Shown here: one piece after another, positions 41,101 through 50,163 of the stretch
Position numbering within the stretch: the stretch's first letter is position 1
Layout: each line of letters starts with the position of its first letter
NCBI GenBank assembly: GCA_965222115.1
Contig: CBDCTJ010000007.1
Coordinates: 352,001-416,000 of the forward strand
Origin: Planctomycetota bacterium
GTDB taxonomy: Bacteria > Planctomycetota > PLA2 > JAEUHO01
Length of the DNA: 64,000 nt
Direction: 5' to 3'
Notes under the pieces: generated by a model
Databases searched by the model: none
Told to the model about the DNA's origin: nothing
What the model saw: only the letters and a program-made list of their open reading frames with translations
Translations under genes and position numbers: made by a program

Positions 41101-41828
41101 ATGCATCTCGCGCGCGCCCTCTGGTCAACATTCCAAAGCCCTATTGGATCAACGCCGTGCGATTCAGTCCGGATGGCACGCGACTCCTTGCGGGCATGGC
41201 GTACGGATCCATTGCCATCGCAGATACTGTGCCAATGAAGCAGAGGGTTCCGGCCTTTGAGCGTGCGGTGAAGTTACGTGAAGCTGCTAGGACCGTCAGC
41301 GAAGAACTTGTGACGCGGCATGGAACATACGACGCCGCATTGGTGGCCTTAAACGGCAGCGATGGGATGGATACATCGCTTCAAGAGGCTTGTCGGCGCC
41401 TTCTGCACGCCCAGCGCGCCTCCATCCCGGAACTCATCAAGCGGCTGTGGCGTGAGCTGATCAAAGCCCAAGGCACACCCGACCGCTACGAACTCGCGCG
41501 CGGAATCGCCGCAGGCCTGTGGCGAACATCGCACCACTGGGCGCGCCCAAATCCCGAAAGTGACAGTTTGCTCGCGCTTGCGTTTCTTCGGTGCGACCAA
41601 CCAAAACGTGCGTTGCGCGTTACGAAACGAATTGCTCCACTCAACGAGAAGCGGGCCCCGGAGATGTATGCCGTCGATCTCTGCGTCTCGATCCTTGCCC
41701 ATCGCGCGCTGAACAATGTCAGCGACGCCGCAGCAACAAGAAACACGCTGGAATCGCTGCTCGAAGCGCAACCCCTTCTACGAACCCCGCGCGTCCGCGC
41801 GCTCAAAGCTGAGGCGGGCAAGCCATAA
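38139..41828 (+). CDS. Ser/Thr protein kinase with WD40 repeats
   Basis: GRGGMG, RFRREA, HRDIKP, DFG, YMPPE; RNWEW motif then many WD40 repeats. Confidence 0.94.
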   Translation: MNAPSKPQNEIDRLAQEFVERTRRGEAPAIDEYVHRYPDHASDIRKVFPLLTALETVAIEQPRIGSHVGPYKITREVGRGGMGIVYEAVQGELGRRVALKVLPVYATRDPQFLERFRREAQAAAKLKHPSIVPVIGAGSDDDIHYYSMQFIEGRGLDRVVVEMRERMSAQGETRTKNDYRTIARIGLQIADAIAHAHAQGVLHRDIKPTNIVLDHTGHAWVTDFGLCQPTDAEGLTKTGDVIGTFRYMPPERFSGVSDVRGDVYGIGITLFELLALRRAYEGDDPATLATRILKADSPKLLSFEERIPRELELIVRKAMAHDPKARYGTAEALADDLRAYLSGLPIAARAPTTGYVLKKAILRHKALAATIGMCTLLLMGSGVWYVRDLRAKEHEARQGQYLASIHAVAAAKQGFERRTADVLLNEAPVEFRNWEWAYLKAQLHNELRNFENKDGSVQAIAFSPAARRFACVTGHHVQVFDYDAGARVARIALSGWGMHVGWSADGKRVVAATTRGIEVWDAGPPRRLLSKEAKATGWVSFRRRDKEIVAGVQGGTILRLDASTGDELSRIERGEELMGVASPHPHEFDLVATVTSDSQLTVHDLRTGASLWSVQLASKRARHVLFANASTVVTSSQLMDAWDAKTGKHVWTTSLGDGASRPIGDPLAARVLVRVRDQLRVLDVATGEVLHTLKGRVSPRRGAIHPNGRTMVVGTLSGEIQEWYLGDRKNPHLLGQHMDDILAMDVHPDGHTAASCGFGGIVRIWDLASGELARAHIAHTATAISIRYSRDGRWLASSDRRGEIHLWEGETAQAVKHWNVGDSTLVTLAFLPNNRGLLSYDTRGTLCLWSIPEGELRARHTGLGDWSHTQDTTPLIDVSQGGAWIAYTLPDGTVAIHEGKQLARIRELDAHETMATGIAFHPTKPVLVTVANEGVLRVWDTSTGSQTGEYRPASLNIAPETGLNRVAFSPDGTRVAAGAFNGTLTLWDASRARPLVNIPKPYWINAVRFSPDGTRLLAGMAYGSIAIADTVPMKQRVPAFERAVKLREAARTVSEELVTRHGTYDAALVALNGSDGMDTSLQEACRRLLHAQRASIPELIKRLWRELIKAQGTPDRYELARGIAAGLWRTSHHWARPNPESDSLLALAFLRCDQPKRALRVTKRIAPLNEKRAPEMYAVDLCVSILAHRALNNVSDAAATRNTLESLLEAQPLLRTPRVRALKAEAGKP

Positions 41829-41837
41829 CGTCAGAGC

Positions 41838-42470
41838 TTACGTGTCTTCGCTGCGGTCGCCTTCGTGCAACGCCTCACTCATGCGTTTCAGTGCGCGCAC
41901 ATAGCGATTGCTTGCCGCTTGTGGGGAGATCCCTAACTCCTCCGCCGCTTCATTGTTGGAGAGGTGTTCAAAGTGGCGCAGGCTTACGATTTCGCGATCC
42001 AGCGGACTAAGGGCATTCACGAGCGTCTTTACCCGGCGTGCGAGTTCCGCGCGCGCCGCGCCTTGCGTGGGTGTTGTTTGCGATGCGGAGATCAGTTCGG
42101 TCAGCGCGGGTACACTCACATCGGGTAACGCGTAGCGGTCCGCACGCTCTCGCCGGGGATCGCGTTTCTGCGCGTCGAGATGGGCCCGATGGGCGCGCAT
42201 GACACGGTCTCCGGCCAATCGCCGGAGCCACAAGAAGAAAGGGAGGCGCGGGTTTTTCACGTAGGCCTCGATCTGTCGCTGCGCCTCGATGTAGGTCTCT
42301 TGAATCACGTCCGACGCGTCCACCCGCGAACGAACATGGGGATGCATGCGCAGGCGAACCATACGTAGCAGGCGCGCCCGGTGGGATTCCATCAATTGGC
42401 CCAGCAGCCGTTCGCGCTCTTCGCCTACGGACGCAATCAGTTGCTCACGTCCCGAGGGCGAATCCTGCAT
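41838..42470 (-). CDS. ECF sigma factor, planctomycete type
   Basis: RVDASDVIQE, FFLWLR, HRAHL..QKRDPRRE, TPTQ, REIVSLRHFEHLSNNEAA...RYVRALKR. Confidence 0.9.
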   Translation of the reverse strand: MQDSPSGREQLIASVGEERERLLGQLMESHRARLLRMVRLRMHPHVRSRVDASDVIQETYIEAQRQIEAYVKNPRLPFFLWLRRLAGDRVMRAHRAHLDAQKRDPRRERADRYALPDVSVPALTELISASQTTPTQGAARAELARRVKTLVNALSPLDREIVSLRHFEHLSNNEAAEELGISPQAASNRYVRALKRMSEALHEGDRSEDT

Positions 42471-42566
42471 GCGCCCAGGATACAACGAGCTGAGGAAAGG
42501 AACGCTCGTCCATGCGAGATGGGCGAGCGTCCCTTTGCCTTTGACGTGATTACACCGCCGACGTGA

Positions 42567-43451
42567 CTACTGATCGATACTCACATTGAACGCCGCATTG
42601 AGTGGCAGCGTGACAAAGTCCTGATTGAAGATGTTCCAGCGATTCGTCGTGGGATGGTAAAACACGCCAATCACGCGGTCGTTGTAGACTCGATCGGCAT
42701 CCCAGAACTGCGTGACTTGCATCACGGCGTCCGGATTACCATCCAACGCGGGATGGGAAATCTCCGTGGTGTGGAACGAACGATTGGCGGCGGTCACTTT
42801 GTGTATGAAATTCATGGGGCCAGTCGGAAGCACGGACACGTTGTAGCTCGCCCCATCCACTGCGGTCGAGCCACTCTGATTGAACCCCGACCACGCGCCG
42901 CTCGTCGAAACCGAAGGCTCATAGAACACGCCGGACACGAAGTCATTGTACACACCGGGTGCGGTGGCACCGGGATTGTAGTTATGCGTAATCAGGATGC
43001 GGTCGGTATCATTCCCCATCGTTTCCGCCCGATCAAAGGGGAACCAGTTGGATGACGGGCTGTTTGTTGTGAAGGTGAACGAATCGGGTTCGTCGGTAAT
43101 CACGCGTACATTGAACGACGCGCCGTCCGGTATGGTCGCAATGTCCTCATTGTAGATATTCCAACGGGCCGTCGTGTCGCTGTACCAAACACCAACAACG
43201 TGATCGTTGTAGACGTCCATGGGCGAGAAGTTTTGCGTAACAAGTATTCGTGCAGTTGGGTTGCCGTTTAGCGAAGCGTGATCAAGCTCCGTAGATTGAA
43301 ACGACGTATTGGCGCTGGTGGCCGTGTGGACAAAGAAGCGCGGAGGTGGCTCCACGGGCGATGCAGCGTCGCCACCACCCCCACCGCCGCCACAGGCGCC
43401 CAACGAGACGGCAACCAAGACAACAAGCAAAGAACAAGACATGCGAACCAT
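42567..43451 (-). CDS. Lipoprotein with three tandem about 85-aa repeats
   Basis: LGAC lipobox; repeated H...T...H..L.GNP...VTQ...VYND..GV.Y....W...NQ......FNV. Confidence 0.8.
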   Translation of the reverse strand: MVRMSCSLLVVLVAVSLGACGGGGGGGDAASPVEPPPRFFVHTATSANTSFQSTELDHASLNGNPTARILVTQNFSPMDVYNDHVVGVWYSDTTARWNIYNEDIATIPDGASFNVRVITDEPDSFTFTTNSPSSNWFPFDRAETMGNDTDRILITHNYNPGATAPGVYNDFVSGVFYEPSVSTSGAWSGFNQSGSTAVDGASYNVSVLPTGPMNFIHKVTAANRSFHTTEISHPALDGNPDAVMQVTQFWDADRVYNDRVIGVFYHPTTNRWNIFNQDFVTLPLNAAFNVSIDQ

Positions 43452-43601
43452 GGTGAACTCCTGAAAAGAGAATGGACTCTTTGGTGGAGCAACCAAGCCG
43501 GCTCGTCAGTACACAGTCGCTTTCCGGAATTCCTTTCTGGCCCAGTAAACAGGGGGCTCGGGGCGATCGGTGGCGAGAAGCGACAGGCAGGTTCTACCGG
43601 C

Positions 43602-44453
43602 TCAACCCGCCGCATCGAGCGCCGCCCAGTCGTCCTGGCCAATGCGCATGGCAAGTGACTGCGCCGCCATGTTCTCTTCGAGATGCGCAATAGACGAAGT
43701 CCCCGGGATGGGCACCATTGCAGGCGACTTGTGCAGCAACCAGGCGATGGCCACCGCGTAGCGAGACGAGTCATGTTTGGCAGCAACCGCATCGAGCGCG
43801 GCACCCAAGCCGCCAAGATCACCATTGGCAATCGGATACCAAGGGATGAATGCAATGTTTTCTAGTTCACACACCCCAAGCACATCTTCCCATTCGCGAT
43901 ACGCAATGTTGTAGCGATTTTGCACGCTCGCCACGGGCGTCATGGCCTGCACCTGACGCAGCTCATCCACCGACACTTCCGAAAGACCGATCTTGTCGAT
44001 CTTACCCTCGGCTTGCAGTTCCAACAGCGTGCCAACTGAATCGGCCACGGGGATCTTCGGATCGATGCGATGCAACTGATAGAGCGGAATACGCTCAAGT
44101 CGCAGGCGCGTCAAGCTCCCTTCGCAAGCCGCACGAATGTGATCCGGGTGGCCGTTTGCGTGCCACTCACCCGGCCCCGAGCGCGTGAGCCCCGCTTTGG
44201 TGGCAATCACTACATCATCGGTGTAGGGCGCGAGCGCTTCGCCAATCAAGCGCTCGCTCACTTCGGGTCCGTAGGAGTCGGCCGTGTCAATGAAGTTGAC
44301 ACCAAGATCCACCGCGCGGCTGAGCAATCGCTTGGCAGCATCGGCATCCGGCGGTTCCCCCCAAACACCGGCGCCGGTCACCTGCATGGCACCAAAGCCA
44401 AGGCGCTTGATCGTGTACGTACCACCAATCGTGAAGGTTGCTTGAGTCGTCAT
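43602..44453 (-). CDS. Aldo/keto reductase
   Basis: LGFGAM, IDTADSYG, IATKAG, YQLHRID, IGLSE, VQNRYN, IPGTSS. Confidence 0.95.
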   Translation of the reverse strand: MTTQATFTIGGTYTIKRLGFGAMQVTGAGVWGEPPDADAAKRLLSRAVDLGVNFIDTADSYGPEVSERLIGEALAPYTDDVVIATKAGLTRSGPGEWHANGHPDHIRAACEGSLTRLRLERIPLYQLHRIDPKIPVADSVGTLLELQAEGKIDKIGLSEVSVDELRQVQAMTPVASVQNRYNIAYREWEDVLGVCELENIAFIPWYPIANGDLGGLGAALDAVAAKHDSSRYAVAIAWLLHKSPAMVPIPGTSSIAHLEENMAAQSLAMRIGQDDWAALDAAG

Positions 44454-44510
44454 GGACGTACGGTAGGTGCAAGCGTCGCTACGGTCCCGTTTTCGCAATG
44501 CACCTGCATC

Positions 44511-45188
44511 CTACCCAACGGCACGAGGAACCGACGCGTTGGTAAGCGTCTCGACAGCGGCTTCAATGGGCAAAAAGTCGCGAAGTACATCCACGGCGCC
44601 GTGCTCGCCCAAATTGTATCGATCCGATGCCACACCGACGAAGCGCCACCCCAACTCACGCGTCGCACGTACATCGTAGGGCGTATCACCGATATACACC
44701 ACCTGCTCAAGTGCACTCTCGTTGATAGAAAGCAACCGCAGCGCCTCACGCATAATCTGTGTGCGCCGCGAGCGCCCGTCGCTACCGGCAATGGCTACAT
44801 CACGATGATCGATGCCAGCAGCGTCGAGTTTACGAGTCGCGGCAAACAACCAATTCCCCGTCGCAATGGCCACGTCCCACTCCTTAGAATTGCGCACGTG
44901 GCGCAGCAATTCATTCGCGCCGGGAACGGCGGGCAATGGGCAAAAGTGTTGATCAATGAGCTGTGCGTAGCGCCGTTTGATCCAAGCGATGTCTTCGTCG
45001 CTCGCTTGCCGGCCGTGCGCTTCGAAGAGTTCATGAACAACACCTTCGTCGGTTGCGTTTTGCCATACTCTCGTCCCGCGAACATGCGCGGGTACGCCAA
45101 GCCGCGCGGCGACCGCCTCGTAGTAGTAGTCGTCAAACGGAAACGACTGAGCCAGCGTTCCATCGATGTCAAATACGGCGAGTTTCAT
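44511..45188 (-). CDS. HAD-family hydrolase
   Basis: FDIDGTL, ATGN, YIGDTPYD. Confidence 0.9.
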   Translation of the reverse strand: MKLAVFDIDGTLAQSFPFDDYYYEAVAARLGVPAHVRGTRVWQNATDEGVVHELFEAHGRQASDEDIAWIKRRYAQLIDQHFCPLPAVPGANELLRHVRNSKEWDVAIATGNWLFAATRKLDAAGIDHRDVAIAGSDGRSRRTQIMREALRLLSINESALEQVVYIGDTPYDVRATRELGWRFVGVASDRYNLGEHGAVDVLRDFLPIEAAVETLTNASVPRAVG

Positions 45189-45251
45189 GCGGGCTCACTG
45201 CGGGGACACGGCGGCAACCCACAGTCGCCTTCACGAATCACAAGTTGGGTG

Positions 45252-46673
45252 TTACTTCGTAATTGATTCTAGCTGCAGATAGTCGCGTTCGCTCGGCTTC
45301 AGAGCAGCGATGAGCTTCTTGCGCAGCGCAGCATCTGCCACCCAACGCGTCTGGTCGATGCACATGCGCGTAAGCAGATCCGAGCGAACGTCGCGTTCCG
45401 GGGGCTTCTTGAAGTCGAGCCGCACAATGCGCGCGAGTAGAGGTTCGAACGCAGCACGCGAACCGGCCTGAATCAAGGCGTGCGCGGCATCGCGTACAAC
45501 TTCGAACTCATCGTCTTGAAGGGACTTGAGGGCCAGCGTTTCGGCGGCAGGACTCCAATGAGGAGGCAGCGCGTCTCGCAGCACGCTGCGATAGCAACCG
45601 GTTTGCTTTGGGCCCCGCCGCGCAAGCGCCTTCTCAACCTCTCGAATGCCGAGCGCCTGGTCGTGCTTGAGCATGAACCCCAGAAGGGCACGCTGTACGT
45701 TACAGGCCCACCCACCTTTCGCTGATCGATAGGTCTTCAGAACGATGGGCATCATGTCCGCTGTCCCATAGCGCTCCGCCAACAGTGCAAGTTTCTCAAC
45801 GTCACCATGTGCGCGATCGGCTAGGTGTTTGGTCCAGAGGGATTCCATGGCAGGCAGCGCCTTATCGGGTAAGGCAAGCAGCGCGTCCCTCGTAAACCGT
45901 GGAGCGAGCCTCTGCATATCCTCCAATACCAGTTCGCGTGCACGCTTCGGTGCAAATGACATGGCATGCTTTACGTAGAGCGAAGGCAGATGATCCGTGT
46001 TGTGCCACGGAATCGACCGCTTGGGGGCGGCCAAGCTGCGCGTGAGCACGGCGGCCACTGCCGGCCCCGCGACGCGCGGCCAACGTTCTGTGAGTAGAAA
46101 CGCTCGTAAATCGTCCGACATGTGTGGCCAACTTCGCGCGACAGCTGCGGGGATGCCTTCTGCTTCTGCGTCGTAGGCCATAAGAAGCTCAACGGACGCG
46201 CCAACCACGTCGTCACGTTTGTGCGCAAGCGAAGTCGCTACACGTGGCAAATAGCGCTTTAACTCATTCGGGTAGATGACACGGCTACGCTCTCCAGGAC
46301 CCGACGAGCCATACCCGCCAGGGGATGGCTCACGTTCGACAGCGACACGCGCATCGATCCAATTCCAGCCCGTGGGCAGTGCGGGATCATCGACCGCCGC
46401 ATCGAGTAGTGTCGCGATTGCGGAACGGTCAAGTGACGCCAAGGACGGCCCACTATTCGACGACGGGTCGCCCGGCATTTCAAACAGAGACATCCCATCT
46501 CTGGCTTCCGCGTCGCGAACAAGTTTGAGTACGGCTGTGTATCCGGCTCTCCGCTTGACGGGATCCGCCGAACGTAACGCTTGCCTTGCATCGTCCAGGG
46601 TCAGTTCCGAAGCGTACGCTCCAATCGGCAGCGGTACGACCGTGAACATCACGAGCAACAACATCATTCGCAT
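45252..46673 (-). CDS. Hypothetical secreted HEAT-repeat-like protein
   Basis: Signal peptide, AAGGAG RBS, VVRDAAHAL-type helices. Confidence 0.65.
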   Translation of the reverse strand: MRMMLLLVMFTVVPLPIGAYASELTLDDARQALRSADPVKRRAGYTAVLKLVRDAEARDGMSLFEMPGDPSSNSGPSLASLDRSAIATLLDAAVDDPALPTGWNWIDARVAVEREPSPGGYGSSGPGERSRVIYPNELKRYLPRVATSLAHKRDDVVGASVELLMAYDAEAEGIPAAVARSWPHMSDDLRAFLLTERWPRVAGPAVAAVLTRSLAAPKRSIPWHNTDHLPSLYVKHAMSFAPKRARELVLEDMQRLAPRFTRDALLALPDKALPAMESLWTKHLADRAHGDVEKLALLAERYGTADMMPIVLKTYRSAKGGWACNVQRALLGFMLKHDQALGIREVEKALARRGPKQTGCYRSVLRDALPPHWSPAAETLALKSLQDDEFEVVRDAAHALIQAGSRAAFEPLLARIVRLDFKKPPERDVRSDLLTRMCIDQTRWVADAALRKKLIAALKPSERDYLQLESITK

Positions 46674-46806
46674 GAAGCACTCCTTGGTAAGACCCACTAC
46701 AGGATAGGTCGACGTTCGGCCGTTGCCGGCAGTCACGCTACGAAACCCATGCCCAATTCGCTTGGCGCGTGTCACGCTGGGCCTGCCCTATGGCGGGAGG
46801 ACCCCG

Positions 46807-47304
46807 ATGCGCGACCACCTACTCAAGAGGATCGTCGAGCACAACAACTGGGCCAATCAAGCGTTGCTTGAGGCGTGTTCGAAACTCACATGCGAGCAGC
46901 TTGACGCGACGCCACGGTCTCCAAACGAATGGACCATCCGAACGATCCTCACGCACATCATCGAAGCACAGTTGGGCTACGTCGCGTTGCTCAGCGGCAA
47001 CGGATCCACGGTATCCGGCACAGCATCAACAATTGATGAGTTACGTCGCGGCTTGAATCAAAGCGGCGCGGAACTCGAAGCCATCACGGACGATGATCAT
47101 ACGATCGCGTGGAACACGAACATCACTACCCGTGACGGCTATCACGTCAAGCCATGGACCGTGTTCGTTCAAGCGATCAATCACGCGACCGATCATCGCC
47201 GGCAGATCTGTAGCCTCTTTCGCGCACTATCCATTGAACCGCCTCGTATCGACGGCTGGAGCTACGGTGAGTCCGTAGGCGCCGTTGTTCCTCCCGGCAG
47301 GTAG
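46807..47304 (+). CDS. DinB-family protein
   Basis: HNNWAN, TILTHI, QAINHATDHRRQI. Confidence 0.88.
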   Translation: MRDHLLKRIVEHNNWANQALLEACSKLTCEQLDATPRSPNEWTIRTILTHIIEAQLGYVALLSGNGSTVSGTASTIDELRRGLNQSGAELEAITDDDHTIAWNTNITTRDGYHVKPWTVFVQAINHATDHRRQICSLFRALSIEPPRIDGWSYGESVGAVVPPGR

Positions 47305-47326
47305 TCGCATCGCTGACGGGCCCTGG

Positions 47327-47557
47327 TTATTTCTGGGAAGATGCTGGCCTTGCGGACACGCGCCAAACGTATGCACGTCCCTCGCCACGCTCTCGCGTGA
47401 GCCCGATCTCCGATTCCAGCCTCGCCGTCCAGTTGGGGCACGCGCGCTTGTACGGCAACTCTAGCTCGTCTCGGATCTCAACCCACGTTCTTCCTTGCTT
47501 GCGACGACGAAGGTATGACTGAATCGCATCGCGAAACTCTTCATAGCGCATGATCAA
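47327..47557 (-). CDS. Small basic hypothetical protein (possible winged helix)
   Basis: YEEFRDAI...TWVEIRDEL.LPY.RACPNW..RLE.EIGL. Confidence 0.6.
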   Translation of the reverse strand: MIMRYEEFRDAIQSYLRRRKQGRTWVEIRDELELPYKRACPNWTARLESEIGLTRERGEGRAYVWRVSARPASSQK

Positions 47558-47581
47558 ACAGTAGCCAGCACAGATTCAGTG

Positions 47582-48352
47582 TCAAGGCGAGGAACACGTC
47601 GCATGCTGCTTCGACGCCTTGAGTTCATGGTCTACTGCGCGCCGCTCGTCGAAGACAAAGCACTCGCCATCGAAATGTTCGCCGCCGCATTGCTCAAAGT
47701 AGGCCAAGATGCCGCCATCCAACTGATAGACATCGCGAAAGCCCACCTGTTCCAACATCGGCCCCGCCTTCTCACAGCGAATGCCGCCCGTACAAAACGT
47801 CACCACCGGCTGATCGCGCAACGCATCGTCAAGCGCCGCCACGTGCTTTGGGAAGTTTCGAAAGTGATCGAGATCCATTGCCACCGCTTCTCGAAACGTC
47901 CCAATCTCCACTTCATAGTCGTTGCGCACATCGAGCAATGTGACTTTCTTGCCCGCATCGAGCCACGCCTTGAGCTGCGCCGGCAACATCCGCTTTGACG
48001 TATACGTCGCAGGCTCGATGCCCTCCACGCCAAACGCAATGATTTCGCGCTTGATCTTCACCAACATGCGCCCAAAAGGCCGTTCGTCCGTCCAGCTTTC
48101 TTTCACGTCGAGATCTACAAGCGCCGCATCACGACGCAGGTGAGCGAGAAGTTCTTGAACAGCATCGGGCATGCCCGCAATGAATAGATTGATCCCCTCT
48201 TCGCTCAGCAGAATCGTTCCGCGCAGTTCGAGGCGTGTACAGAGTTCCAACAGCTCAATGCGTCGATTGGGTAGATCGTCCAACGCAACAAACTTGTACG
48301 CCGCAATGTTGAGGACGCGGGCGGTTGGCGAACTGGGACTTGATTCATCCAT
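47582..48352 (-). CDS. trhO: Rhodanese-domain protein, TrhO/YceA-like tRNA U34 hydroxylase
   Basis: AAYKFV, LRGTILLSEEGIN, LDVRNDYE..IGTF, FCTGGIRCEKA, LDGGILAYFE, CFVFDER. Confidence 0.75.
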   Translation of the reverse strand: MDESSPSSPTARVLNIAAYKFVALDDLPNRRIELLELCTRLELRGTILLSEEGINLFIAGMPDAVQELLAHLRRDAALVDLDVKESWTDERPFGRMLVKIKREIIAFGVEGIEPATYTSKRMLPAQLKAWLDAGKKVTLLDVRNDYEVEIGTFREAVAMDLDHFRNFPKHVAALDDALRDQPVVTFCTGGIRCEKAGPMLEQVGFRDVYQLDGGILAYFEQCGGEHFDGECFVFDERRAVDHELKASKQHATCSSP

Positions 48353-48416
48353 GTCCGCAATTATGCGCCCACCTGCGGGTATTGAGTAGTTCATCACGAA
48401 TGAACTCACGTCCGTG

Positions 48417-48890
48417 TCAGCCCGTTCGATTCGACCACCCACCAAAGTCACCGCCCTCAAATGGATGGTCGTGCCCTAGCAACGTCAGCATACTCAATAT
48501 CTGCCCGCGATGATGTGTGCCATGGGTAACGAGATGAAGCACCTGATGCAGCCGACGATCACGATCAAGTAGGCCGCGCGCACGGGACTCACGGGCTGCC
48601 TCAAGTACCGCCTGCCCAATCCTGGCAAGTCGAGCGCCCAATTCGCCGATGTCTTCCGATGCGTTATACGCTTCCCACTTCGGCTCTCTAATGTGGGGCC
48701 CCACGCAAGCACCCCATCCTTGCATTACGTCAGCGATGTGGGCGATTGTTCGGTGCACGGTGCGTAGCCCGAAACCATGATCTTGATGCAACGACCCCAC
48801 GGGCAATTTTGACAAGCCCTCCATGAGCTTGTCGTTGCAGTTCAACTCGTATTCGAGCAACTCAAGTACGGTGTCGAATCTATGATCCAT
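48417..48890 (-). CDS. DinB-family protein
   Basis: TIAHI, LHLVTHGTHHRGQI. Confidence 0.85.
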   Translation of the reverse strand: MDHRFDTVLELLEYELNCNDKLMEGLSKLPVGSLHQDHGFGLRTVHRTIAHIADVMQGWGACVGPHIREPKWEAYNASEDIGELGARLARIGQAVLEAARESRARGLLDRDRRLHQVLHLVTHGTHHRGQILSMLTLLGHDHPFEGGDFGGWSNRTG

Positions 48891-48892
48891 GA

Positions 48893-49408
48893 TCAGTCCT
48901 GGCCATCTATGCCCTTGTACTCAATTCCAAAGCGCTTTAGGTATTCAGCAAGCGGCTGAAGCCCCACGCTCGCGCGGCGTTTATCGACATTTGCCTCATC
49001 CGCGATGGGCCAAAGCACTGAGGAGTCTCCTTCATCACTTGGCTGCACCACCCATCCATACATCTGAGGTTGGCGCTCGTCCAGAAGTGCTTGATCTTCG
49101 ACGAGAGAAACTGCTAAGGCGGACGCTTCACCTGAATCAGCTAGAGCCCAAAGAAGAGGCAAGACTCGCCTCTTGAATTTACCGTCAGAGAAAGGAAGCA
49201 AGCAGATTGCGTGACTTGCGGCGGCTGCCCCGACCATAGTAGTGCTGGGCCATCCGTGCGCATCAACAATGGACTTCAACCTCGACAGCTGCCTCTCGTG
49301 GCACGCTCCAATCTTCTCGCCCACGGACGCGGCCTCTGAAGAGTCTCTCCCATGCCGGACCAAGACTGAAGCAAGTTCACTTATGAGGTTCTTGTGGGCT
49401 GTTGCCAT
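48893..49408 (-). CDS. DUF6624-like hypothetical protein, possibly degenerate
   Basis: IVDAHGWP...VG, PQMYG, PI.DEANVDKRRASVGL.PL.EY; atypical codon use. Confidence 0.65.
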   Translation of the reverse strand: MATAHKNLISELASVLVRHGRDSSEAASVGEKIGACHERQLSRLKSIVDAHGWPSTTMVGAAAASHAICLLPFSDGKFKRRVLPLLWALADSGEASALAVSLVEDQALLDERQPQMYGWVVQPSDEGDSSVLWPIADEANVDKRRASVGLQPLAEYLKRFGIEYKGIDGQD

Positions 49409-49657
49409 CGCTTCAAGCTCGGTTCACAACTCGTGATTCACATTCTTGGTCCTTCTTGCCCTCCGCCGATCTCTGCGTTTGCATTGAAGACCAGGCGCGA
49501 GTGCATTCGCTCGACAGTGGCAGACATGTTCCCACAACAATAAGGTTGATAGGCTGTCGTAGCGCCACTCGTAGAAGAGTTACCAAAATCTGTGGGCGCC
49601 CCCGCGATTTCGTCAGCGCACTGCAGGTCTTGGGAGTCGCCCCCAAAGCGGCTAGAT

Positions 49658-49882
49658 CACACGTTCCAGTTCTCGCGCAACGTCAATCATGCGATCTCGC
49701 AACTTTCAACGCTCCCCGCGCGCGCAACGTCCTTCAGCGTGGGGATCTGACAGGTCGCGCTCAAATAGGCAACCCACACGTCCCAATTCTCACACCGCGT
49801 CCATCATGCGATCTCGCCGCTCTCATCACTCCTGGCACTCGCAACGCCCTTTAGCGTGGGGGTCTGGGGGGTCACCCCCAGA
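49658..49882. repeat. Imperfect about 92-bp direct duplication (period about 117 bp) ending in a GC hairpin
   Basis: Copies start 49658 and 49775 and share ATCATGCGATCTCGC and AGCGTGGGG; hairpin TCTGGGGG-GTCA-CCCCCAGA at 49863-49882. Confidence 0.7.
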
Positions 49883-49927
49883 TAGATACGACGGGAGTTC
49901 TCCCGGCGTGCATTGCAAAGCAATGCA

Positions 49928-50026
49928 TGGCGGGAGAGCAAGGGAATCGAACCCTCCCATCCAAGGTTGCCCAGGGACGCATTGGTTTTGAAGACCAAGG
50001 GGGGCACCAGCCCGCCATCCTCTCCC
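49928..50026 (-). tRNA. selC: tRNA-Sec (anticodon UCA)
   Basis: Reverse complement GGGAGAGG...TGGT D-loop...TTGGT-CTTCAAA-ACCAA, long variable arm, GAGGG-TTCGATT-CCCTT, CTCTCCC-GCCA; 99 nt. Confidence 0.95.
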
Positions 50027-50163
50027 GCGAGAGAGCGGATACGGTACGGGGCGCGCGAGGGCGAAACAACTCTGGGCACAGCATGGAAGGTCCTGGGGAG
50101 TTCGTCGGGCATAGGAGCGAGGCGAAGTTTCGCTCGACGCGCAACCGATGGGACCATGGGCTT

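Noticed and set aside
46790-46799. att-site duplication of the selC 3' end (ATGGCGGGAG, also at 49927-49936)
   Set aside because: Only 10 bp, coincides with the DinB RBS, no integrase, and the interval includes a housekeeping-like trhO
44511-49408. Integron cassette array
   Set aside because: Mixed gene orientations, no attC-type RYYYAAC...GTTRRRY pattern between genes, no integrase
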